Virus record (IMG/VR): IMGVR_UViG_2648501318_000010
Span: 1-29,133 of that record
Reading direction: 5' to 3' (one strand)
Origin: a virus
Taxonomy: Duplodnaviria; Heunggongvirae; Uroviricota; Caudoviricetes
Length of the DNA stretch: 29,133 nt
Shown: piece by piece, positions 12,575 through 18,834 of the stretch
Layout: every line of letters begins with the position of its first letter
How positions within the stretch are numbered: the stretch's first letter is position 1
Made by a program: the position numbers and the translations under genes
Notes under the pieces: model-generated
What the model was told of the DNA's origin: nothing
Database searches by the model: none
Seen by the model: the letters and a program-made list of their open reading frames with translations, nothing else

Positions 12575-13015
12575 ATGGCCACACTATCTGATACAATAAA
12601 ACCGAATAAAACATATCTTGAGGCGGTACTCCGTACAGCGTTGTTAGGAAAGACAGAAGACGAATACGTTGATTTCTTCCTGTCAGGGCTACGCGGGCGA
12701 TTACTGAAAAATCCCCGCCTGTACCGCAGCTATGGTCCATACTGGCCGGAAATTAAAAAATTATTACTGGAGCGCGGTTATGGTAATTTCGGTCGTCTCG
12801 TTGACCGTGACGTTCGCAAAATTTACCGTTATGACCGCCCGGCGCTGACGCTCATAGCCGCGACGCTCTACAGCCAGGAGCGTTTTGATAATGGTCAGAT
12901 ATACTCAGCCTGGCATTTACTGCCAGTACCTGAAGAGGTTGACGACCAGGACTATGAGTTTGAGTCTTACGATTTGGAAGTTGAAGCCTTAGCACAGGCT
13001 GGAGAGAAAACTTGA
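12575..13015 (+). CDS. ulx: Hypothetical protein at the position of P1 ulx (upstream of lxc)
   Basis: 146 aa ORF immediately after darB whose stop overlaps the TTG start of the next ORF (TTGA). Assignment by synteny only. Confidence 0.45.
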   Translation: MATLSDTIKPNKTYLEAVLRTALLGKTEDEYVDFFLSGLRGRLLKNPRLYRSYGPYWPEIKKLLLERGYGNFGRLVDRDVRKIYRYDRPALTLIAATLYSQERFDNGQIYSAWHLLPVPEEVDDQDYEFESYDLEVEALAQAGEKT

Positions 13016-13260
13016 AAAAGCGATACTACACAGTAAAGCATGGGACGCTACGAGCATTACAAGAGTTTGCTGATAAGCATAACGTTGAGGTGCGCAGGGA
13101 GGGGGGAAGTAAAGCTCTGCGCATGTACCGTCCGGACGGGAAATGGCGTACGGTCGTCGATTTCAAAACTAACAGCGTTCCCCAGGGCGTCCGCGACCGG
13201 GCATTCGAAGAATGGGAGCAGATCATCATAGATAACGCATTGCTTCTGAATGCTGATTGA
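13012..13260 (+). CDS. lxc: Lxc/Bof-like modulator of C1 repressor action
   Basis: 82 aa ORF with a TTG start; P1 bof/lxc is recalled as an 82-codon gene with a TTG initiation codon, located next to darB/ulx. Confidence 0.55.
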   Translation: MKKRYYTVKHGTLRALQEFADKHNVEVRREGGSKALRMYRPDGKWRTVVDFKTNSVPQGVRDRAFEEWEQIIIDNALLLNAD

Positions 13261-13290
13261 CTCATTAACATTTAGGAATCATAGAATTAC

Positions 13291-13315
13291 AGGAAGAGGA
13301 TTAGCACCTCTTCCT
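13291..13315. terminator. Hairpin between convergent lxc and the YaaW-like gene (possible bidirectional terminator)
   Basis: 9-bp stem AGGAAGAGG/CCTCTTCCT with an 8-nt loop; flanking T content is modest. Confidence 0.3.
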
Positions 13316-13335
13316 TGATGGATGGAGTTATAATA

Positions 13336-14088
13336 TCACAAGGTAATATCGCTGTCTTTAATATTATTATTGACTTTCGCCCTTAGTACAGCAACTTGAA
13401 TAACAGCAGGAATTGTTACTCGATAAGCAGTTCCTCCCACATCTACAATGGTCCATGCGGCTGTTATAGCCCAACCAATTGGGCCTGTTAAAATAGATAA
13501 TGCTTTTACGAGTATTTGATTACCTGCGAGTGTTAAACCGCGTCCAATTAAAATTTTTAGTAAAAGATTCGCAAATTTAAGAGTTACCTGATAAGATCTG
13601 AAACCGCCGGCCCTGAAAATATATTGGAAGGCAGATAGAACTGCCTCAGGAGTAAATCTTGTAACTTCATCCAATCCAAGTTCCATGGCAAAAACTTTTA
13701 TATCTTCGGATGACATGTTATCTAGAGAGTCGCTGAGAATTTTTAATAGAAGATTTTGTTCAATAACCTCTATTCGGCTCTTGGCATTGAAATTAACCTT
13801 TAGCTTATTGCATACATCAATGAGAATTTCTCTGTAGCAGACCCCTTTACCACCACGCAAGAGAGTTGCTATGGTATTTCCACCATAACATTGAATTTCA
13901 GCAGCAATTTCTCTCCAATATACGCTATGTCTTGGTGCAAATTCCTTATATTGTCGATTGTTAGATAACTCTTCAGTCCATCTTTTTTTGCCATCGTTAT
14001 CATAAATCAATAGGTTAACTAAATCATCAAGATCACGGTCGCTACATTTAGCTAGGAATTCAAGATCGCTGTCTTTTCTGTATGCCAT
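13336..14088 (-). CDS. YaaW-like protein (DUF3944 N-terminal region plus UPF0174-type C-terminal region), function unknown
   Basis: 250 aa with a GGAG RBS 7 nt upstream of the ATG. The N-terminal DSDLEFLAKCS motif and C-terminal GTAYRVTIPAVIQVAVLR motif resemble E. coli YaaW as I recall it. The C-terminal third is hydrophobic and the coding region is AT-rich. Confidence 0.55.
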   Translation of the reverse strand: MAYRKDSDLEFLAKCSDRDLDDLVNLLIYDNDGKKRWTEELSNNRQYKEFAPRHSVYWREIAAEIQCYGGNTIATLLRGGKGVCYREILIDVCNKLKVNFNAKSRIEVIEQNLLLKILSDSLDNMSSEDIKVFAMELGLDEVTRFTPEAVLSAFQYIFRAGGFRSYQVTLKFANLLLKILIGRGLTLAGNQILVKALSILTGPIGWAITAAWTIVDVGGTAYRVTIPAVIQVAVLRAKVNNNIKDSDITL

Positions 14089-14103
14089 ATGTACACTCCA
14101 TTT

Positions 14104-14577
14104 TTAAATCAAGTCATCTCTTAGATTTTTAGCTACAACCATATAAAATGTTGCATATTTCATAATAATATCATCAAATTCTTTGTCTAAAACACTTCCA
14201 AGTTTCCCGTCTATAAATTTCCTCATAACGTTATTCATTCCATGTGTTTTAGCAAATATATTTTTTCCGTCTATTAAATTATCATCCTCAACAGGAGAAT
14301 AAGATACACTCCATCCACATTTGATTAAGTTTTTTGCCGATTTTGTGGAAATATCAAGAAGTATGGTTGCATCAATATTAATGATTTTACAGAATTTCAT
14401 CATATTCTCTACAGAGAGAGAGGACTTACCATTTTCAATTTTTCCCCAGCCGGCACTTGTTATCCCAAGGCCAGATGCAATGTCTGATTGAGTAACACCA
14501 TGCTTCTCGCGAAAATCGCGAATATGGAAAGCCAATATAGTTAAATAGGATGTTTTCATATGGGTAATGATACTCAC
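14104..14577 (-). CDS. XRE-family helix-turn-helix protein with a C-terminal domain of unknown function
   Basis: HTH_XRE signature (GVTQSDIASGLGITSAGWGKIENGKSSLSVENMMKFCKI) in the N-terminal half. Its stop is 15 nt upstream of the YaaW-like ATG, so the two form an operon. The true start may be the ATG at 14559 (the track start at 14577 is GTG); neither has a clear SD. Confidence 0.6.
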   Translation of the reverse strand: MSIITHMKTSYLTILAFHIRDFREKHGVTQSDIASGLGITSAGWGKIENGKSSLSVENMMKFCKIINIDATILLDISTKSAKNLIKCGWSVSYSPVEDDNLIDGKNIFAKTHGMNNVMRKFIDGKLGSVLDKEFDDIIMKYATFYMVVAKNLRDDLI

Positions 14578-14677
14578 AGTTTATAAAACTTCAAGTATTT
14601 TATTGCGATAATCGTATGCGAGTCCACTTCTTGGTTGAAGATTGAACTTCGGTAATGTGCTGAAGAGACATTTAATC

Positions 14678-14699
14678 ATGCCCGGCATCAACCGGGCAT
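14678..14699 (-). terminator. Hairpin just downstream of the ant-like gene
   Basis: 8-bp stem ATGCCCGG/CCGGGCAT with a 6-nt loop, 8 nt after the ant stop; the following stretch is only moderately U-rich. Confidence 0.35.
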
Positions 14700-14706
14700 T
14701 CTTCCA

Positions 14707-15825
14707 TTATTCAGCCGCCACCGGTTTTAACAAGCCAGCATCGAGCAGTTTACGCGTCAACCACTGCTGGCCTTTACCCGTTAATTGAGGCGTCAACCGT
14801 ATCTGGTAGCCATCTTCATCATCCAGCACCACTTCTTTCACCGTGAAATATCCCGCATTGATGTACTGCTGGAACGGCACATTTTTACGTCCACCGGACG
14901 CTATCAGGATGCCGTTCTCCCGTAACCAGGCAAACAGCGCGTTTTGCTTAAGACCAACAACCTTTGCAAAATTCCCAATCAGGATCCCTTTAGCTACTGA
15001 TACCCGGTCGGCAAAATCGACCTTAGGGGCTGCGGCCACCAGCTGCTGATTTAGCTGGTGGGCTTTCTGTTCCAGAAGCTGCTTTTGTTCAGCCAGTTCG
15101 GCAGCCAGGCGCAGAGCTTCTGGAAGCGTCTGGGGGATTGCAACCGGTTGCTGTTCTTTTTGCCGGAAGTAGCTGTCTTCCAGTTTTTCAAAGAATGCCC
15201 ATGCCTGATCGGTTTCGAGCATTTTAGCGTGGCGGGCTGCGCCGCGTTCTGTCCAGAGGGTGAGTGAGCGAACATTGCGAGCAATTTTTACAGAGTAGTT
15301 TAAAGCTACTCTGTGCTTCAACTCGCGCAATGATTCTCCTTCAACTTTGAAAAAGTGCTTCCCTTCAACAAAGCGTACTTTGTTCTCATGATGATTTTGG
15401 CGAATACGGATTGTTTCTGTCCCATACCCTCTAGCAAGAGTCTCGGTTGTCACTACACGCACTCCCTGCCATTCCAGAACGGGAATTTCATCAGACTGAT
15501 TCTGAACAACCACCAGCTCCGATTCCTGAACTGAAGGTGCATAAATTTTTTCTGATTTAACGTTAGTTGCTTTCATTCTGTGTGCCTCCTTGCGTGCTTC
15601 GGCTGCGGCGGTTGCGTAATTCAGATGACCCTGTTCGAGCAGGTATTCGCGGATATCAGACAACAGGATACGGTGAACCGCGTTCTTGTCCTTTCTCCGG
15701 TAAAGTTGTTTGGTGATCATGAAGTAGTTGGCAATAACGCCTGGTATATCCCTGGTACTGATACAGGCAGTGTGCTGTTCAATTGCCTCGATCATCTCTT
15801 CACGGGTGACTAATGACGTTCTCAT
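14707..15825 (-). CDS. ant: Phage antirepressor (Ant-like; KilA-N/ORF6N-type domain plus KilAC/ANT C-terminal domain)
   Basis: 372 aa. The central region resembles the ORF6N/KilA-N DNA-binding domain and the C-terminus (FAKVVGLKQNALFAWLRENGIL...) the antirepressor KilAC domain. It is preceded by a translationally coupled small ORF and a c4-like RNA region, as in P1 immI. Confidence 0.7.
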   Translation of the reverse strand: MRTSLVTREEMIEAIEQHTACISTRDIPGVIANYFMITKQLYRRKDKNAVHRILLSDIREYLLEQGHLNYATAAAEARKEAHRMKATNVKSEKIYAPSVQESELVVVQNQSDEIPVLEWQGVRVVTTETLARGYGTETIRIRQNHHENKVRFVEGKHFFKVEGESLRELKHRVALNYSVKIARNVRSLTLWTERGAARHAKMLETDQAWAFFEKLEDSYFRQKEQQPVAIPQTLPEALRLAAELAEQKQLLEQKAHQLNQQLVAAAPKVDFADRVSVAKGILIGNFAKVVGLKQNALFAWLRENGILIASGGRKNVPFQQYINAGYFTVKEVVLDDEDGYQIRLTPQLTGKGQQWLTRKLLDAGLLKPVAAE

Positions 15826-16043
15826 AGTCCCTCCTGAACAGAAGCGTTAACAGGGAGGCACCAGTAACTGAGAGAATTGCGCGAGTCAGTAGAAAAGCGT
15901 GCGGAGAAAATGCAGGGAGCATCCGGAAGCTGAGAACGTGCCTCATCTTCTGTTGTTGCGATAACGAAGTGATAGTGACGTTTCTGGCAGGAGTAAAAGC
16001 GCCAGATAAATTCAGGGCGTGCGCAAGGATTGGCATTAACCAT
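15822..16043 (-). CDS. icd: Small icd-like ORF translationally coupled to ant
   Basis: 73 codons from the ATG at 16043, with GAGG 8 nt upstream. Its TGA stop overlaps the ant ATG (ATGA). In P1 immI a small icd ORF overlaps the ant start and is the target of c4 antisense RNA. Confidence 0.5.
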   Translation of the reverse strand: MVNANPCARPEFIWRFYSCQKRHYHFVIATTEDEARSQLPDAPCIFSARFSTDSRNSLSYWCLPVNASVQEGL

Positions 16044-16094
16044 AGTTACGGCCTCGTAAGTTGATAAAACAACCTGCGACCCGCTGCTAAACAG

Positions 16095-16200
16095 GTGGCA
16101 GGACGTGACGGGGTTAGCAGACTGGCACTTACGAAACCAGCAGGCCGAAGCCTCCCCATCACGCCCCACCATAATTCGGGCGTAACGTGGTTATACGGAC
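16095..16200 (-). ncRNA. c4: c4-like antisense repressor RNA (boundaries approximate)
   Basis: On the minus strand the segment CGGCCT-(8 nt)-CGTAAGT (plus-strand about 16127..16147) is exactly complementary to ACTTACGAGGCCG, which covers the icd-like RBS (plus-strand about 16049..16061). It sits inside a GC-rich region that can fold into stem-loops and lies downstream of the C1 operator pair. This is the a'/b'-a2/b2 arrangement described for P1 c4 RNA. Confidence 0.4.
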
Positions 16201-16344
16201 ATGAAAATACCGCAATATCGGATATCTGCGGTTGTCCGCGTAAGTATTCAGGCTGCTAAACCCGGTCGCAGAATTTGCTACGACGGCATGAATATAAGCC
16301 TGAACGGTAAGGAGATCAATAGGGCTATGCGCAATGGTAGGATA

Positions 16345-16377
16345 TTTGCTCTAATAAATCAAATTTATTAGAGCAAT
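16345..16377. promoter_or_regulatory. Overlapping inverted pair of C1-repressor operators (Op51-like)
   Basis: TTTGCTCTAATAAATCA (16345..16361) and, on the other strand, a perfect ATTGCTCTAATAAATTT (16361..16377). The pair lies upstream of the c4/icd/ant unit and about 100 bp upstream of the divergent lipoprotein gene. Confidence 0.65.
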
Positions 16378-16476
16378 GAGGGTTGTGTGTTATTTTTGCT
16401 CATGTTGAGCGTCATGGAGAATTGAAATTTGTTTAAAACCTTGGCAACCTACTGTTTTTAATGCACTTAATAAGGT

Positions 16477-16794
16477 ATGCAGATGAAACTAGGTAATTTG
16501 TTAGCCGCAGCTATCGTTTTAACGATAACTGCATGTGCCGGAAAAGCTGAAAAAGACCCGCAATATGTAGCCGCAGAGAAATGTGCAGATTTAGTTATCA
16601 CAAAATCAAAAGCTCTGGCAGAGAAAGGCATCAGTGGAAATTACGAGTTTACATCAAAACTGCGCACAACTTCGACGTCTGATGGTCCATTCACATCAAC
16701 ACAAATCAGAGGCATTCCTTATGCAACCTCTACGTTTCTTGATAACGGTAATGAGGGGAGTGCCTGGAGACAATGTATGGGGCAGCTATTGTAA
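16477..16794 (+). CDS. Small secreted lipoprotein, function unknown
   Basis: 105 aa; N-terminal signal peptide with a lipobox (LTITAC, Cys at about residue 20); no homology recognised. Confidence 0.55.
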   Translation: MQMKLGNLLAAAIVLTITACAGKAEKDPQYVAAEKCADLVITKSKALAEKGISGNYEFTSKLRTTSTSDGPFTSTQIRGIPYATSTFLDNGNEGSAWRQCMGQLL

Positions 16795-16827
16795 GAATGA
16801 GTTGTTCCCCAAAAGGATTTGGGGATG

Positions 16828-17496
16828 TTAAAAATAGTTTCCCTTCCCAGTTAAGATTCCGTGTGGAACGCTTTTTTCCGCAAGTCTCTGTGTGCCGCGA
16901 ATTATGTTAATCAGAGGGCTTAGTAACGATGGTTCCTGGCGTGCCTCAACTTCTCCAGCCATTGCCCTGATGTAGTCGGAGCTTGCAACGTTGTTGTATT
17001 CCGTTGCGAAGCAGCATAACAACGTCAGAACGTGCTCTGTCGTTATTTCGCTCCAGTTGATGTTGAAAAATTCATCGCCTTTTTTGTCATGTTCGGAATC
17101 GAAGATGCTTTGGTGAAGGATGTATTTGCCGGATTCCTTGCGCGGTAACTTGATCGCTTTCTGGCGTTCCAGTTCCTTGTAAATCTGCATTGCTTCAATC
17201 AGTACCGGTCTGCCGTTCATGAAGGGATCACGCAACCTTACACGCTGGCCAACTCGACCGGTAATAAAGCTGTTTTCCTCTTCCACCAGCACGATAAAAC
17301 CCTTTTCCTCTTTTTCTCGCAATTCGCGCAGCAGCTGGAGTTCCATATCGCGGCGGCGTTCAGGGTAGCTGGTCCGCTCAGCCATTATCAGCTCATTGTT
17401 GATCCATGCGGCAGTCATTGACGCCGGTTTGCCGACGCTCATCGAAACAACGCATATTTTCTTATCCATAGCGCCCCTACAAAAAAGAAAAGCCAC
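16828..17496 (-). CDS. Hypothetical protein at the position of P1 mat, downstream of ref
   Basis: ORF downstream of ref on the same strand; the likely start is the ATG at 17469 (GGGG 5-8 nt upstream). An AACAAGTGA-like late-promoter motif lies upstream. No recognisable domain; assignment by synteny only. Confidence 0.45.
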   Translation of the reverse strand: MAFLFCRGAMDKKICVVSMSVGKPASMTAAWINNELIMAERTSYPERRRDMELQLLRELREKEEKGFIVLVEEENSFITGRVGQRVRLRDPFMNGRPVLIEAMQIYKELERQKAIKLPRKESGKYILHQSIFDSEHDKKGDEFFNINWSEITTEHVLTLLCCFATEYNNVASSDYIRAMAGEVEARQEPSLLSPLINIIRGTQRLAEKSVPHGILTGKGNYF

Positions 17497-17664
17497 CAGC
17501 GGCGGCTTAGCAATACAACTGAAGGTAGCGCCCGGTACTCAGACTGTGCCGTCCATGGAATATTTGAAAAGGGATCCATCCGTACCGGGCGTGTGATGAT
17601 TCTGACTGAAGTCACTTGTCAGTTGTCAGTTGTCAATCATTTATCATTAAAAATAATATATTTA

Positions 17665-18225
17665 TTAGTGCATGATGTTTGCCATCTCATAGGCGTCAGC
17701 CAGTAACTCCATCTCTGACTTGTTCAGCAGGGTGAATTCTTTCTTGCCTCCAACCACACCATCGGCATGAACAGGGACCAGCCAGGGGTATTTTGCTCTT
17801 ACTTCAGCCGGTGCTGCATGCTGGTGGTGCCATCTACAAAGTGGCAATTGCTTTTTATGACAACCCGGCGCGGTACGACCGGAGATATGGTGCAGAGACA
17901 CCTCTTCAGATATTACTCCATGCATGTAGCAGGCAATGCAGGGGAGAGTGCCAAGAGCATTGGCGATGGTCCGTTCCTCCGCCGTCGGTGTTCGCCCCTT
18001 CAAGCCACGAGATTTTATTTTTACCGCACTTTTCCGCGTTTTGCTGGCTGGTGGGCGCTCTTTCTGTTTAGCGATACGGCGGTCGATAGAATCCCGCATT
18101 TTCTGATATTGCGATTCTCGCCAGGCGGGGTCAGCCAACTTTTCCCGTTGCCGAGCGATCGCTCGTTCTCTGGCTGCCTTCTGCCACTCGCGGCGCTGTT
18201 CAAGTTTTTGTTCGATTGTTTTCAT
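17665..18225 (-). CDS. ref: Ref recombination-enhancement function (RecA-dependent HNH-type nuclease)
   Basis: 186 aa from the ATG at 18225 (MKTIEQKLEQRREWQ...); basic disordered N-terminus and HNH-like core (CIACYMHG...HHISGR...CRWHHQ), as I recall for P1 Ref. The ORF track extends 26 codons further upstream. Confidence 0.85.
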   Translation of the reverse strand: MKTIEQKLEQRREWQKAARERAIARQREKLADPAWRESQYQKMRDSIDRRIAKQKERPPASKTRKSAVKIKSRGLKGRTPTAEERTIANALGTLPCIACYMHGVISEEVSLHHISGRTAPGCHKKQLPLCRWHHQHAAPAEVRAKYPWLVPVHADGVVGGKKEFTLLNKSEMELLADAYEMANIMH

Positions 18226-18230
18226 ATGGC

Positions 18231-18256
18231 AAAAAAAAGGCGGCCTAATGGCCGCC
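18231..18256 (-). terminator. Hairpin plus U-run on the minus strand between cra and ref
   Basis: Minus strand reads GGCGGCC-ATTA-GGCCGCC followed by eight T, ending 5 nt before the ref ATG. Confidence 0.45.
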
Positions 18257-18323
18257 AATGATGTCAAGGAGTGAAGTAATGGCAACGTCTTCGTAGTTGA
18301 CAAAAACTGCGGCTAAATTATAG

Positions 18324-18340
18324 CAATCAATTAGAGCAAT
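18324..18340 (-). promoter_or_regulatory. C1 operator-like site upstream of ref
   Basis: Minus strand ATTGCTCTAATTGATTG (11-nt core match), about 100 nt upstream of the ref ATG; ref is known to be C1-controlled in P1. Confidence 0.5.
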
Positions 18341-18446
18341 GGTAGATATTTTGTTTCTCGCGAATCACATTTTTTCACTTCAGTACCTGTGTGCTATACT
18401 CCTTCTTGATTGATTGGATGCGGAATACAAACCCGCTCTTTTGTGC

Positions 18447-18474
18447 AGCCTGGCTCCTTGCCAGGCTTTTTTTT
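18447..18474 (+). terminator. Plus-strand rho-independent terminator overlapping the cra 3' end
   Basis: Stem AGCCTGGC/GCCAGGCT with a short loop followed by a run of about eight T. Confidence 0.4.
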
Positions 18475-18784
18475 ATTTCATCATGGAAGCTGTTAACGCT
18501 TTGGACCTTGCTGAACTGATTGAGAGGGCTTTGTCAACGTGCCCCAAAAATTCGCCAAACTCAGACATCACTTTAGCAAAACCGCGCCGTGCTTCTTCCT
18601 CGGTGGCATTCATCACGAAATGTTCAGCACCACGCATACTTTTGACAGGGAACGCAACGGATATTGAATCAATATCAGGCATTCTATCGCTCAGCTTTAC
18701 AGTGACAATGACGGCTGGCGACTGAATATTAGTGCTTACAGACAGCACTACATATTTTCCGTCGATTTTGAAATCCTTTCTCAT
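18473..18784 (-). CDS. cra: Cre-associated small protein (P1 cra position)
   Basis: 103-aa ORF immediately downstream of cre on the same strand, with a C1 operator-like site between them; assignment by synteny only. Confidence 0.5.
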   Translation of the reverse strand: MRKDFKIDGKYVVLSVSTNIQSPAVIVTVKLSDRMPDIDSISVAFPVKSMRGAEHFVMNATEEEARRGFAKVMSEFGEFLGHVDKALSISSARSKALTASMMK

Positions 18785-18800
18785 ATATCACCATAAATAT

Positions 18801-18817
18801 CAAAGAATTAGAGCAAT
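18801..18817 (-). promoter_or_regulatory. C1 operator-like site between cre and cra
   Basis: Minus strand ATTGCTCTAATTCTTTG, located 17-33 nt upstream of the cra start. Confidence 0.55.
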
Positions 18818-18834
18818 CATTTACGCGTTAATGG

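Noticed and set aside
12541-12575. GC-rich hairpin (CGCCCGG-TTCG-CCGGGCG) between darB and ulx as a terminator
   Set aside because: Not followed by a U-run; more likely a local mRNA structure within the darB-ulx-lxc transcript than a terminator.
6094-12599. Numerous 60-177 aa ORFs on both strands inside darB
   Set aside because: All lie within or antisense to the 2255-codon darB frame, which has coherent methyltransferase and helicase motifs; treated as shadow ORFs.
17616-17635. Possible CRISPR-like repeat
   Set aside because: Only three directly abutting 7-bp repeats with no spacers; not a CRISPR array.
17767-18261. 164-aa plus-strand ORF
   Set aside because: Entirely antisense to the well-supported ref gene; an overlap artefact.
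18414-18725. 103-aa plus-strand ORF antisense to cra
   Set aside because: Mirror ORF of cra; the plus-strand promoter/terminator pair here is better explained as a short noncoding transcript, which I reported as a finding.
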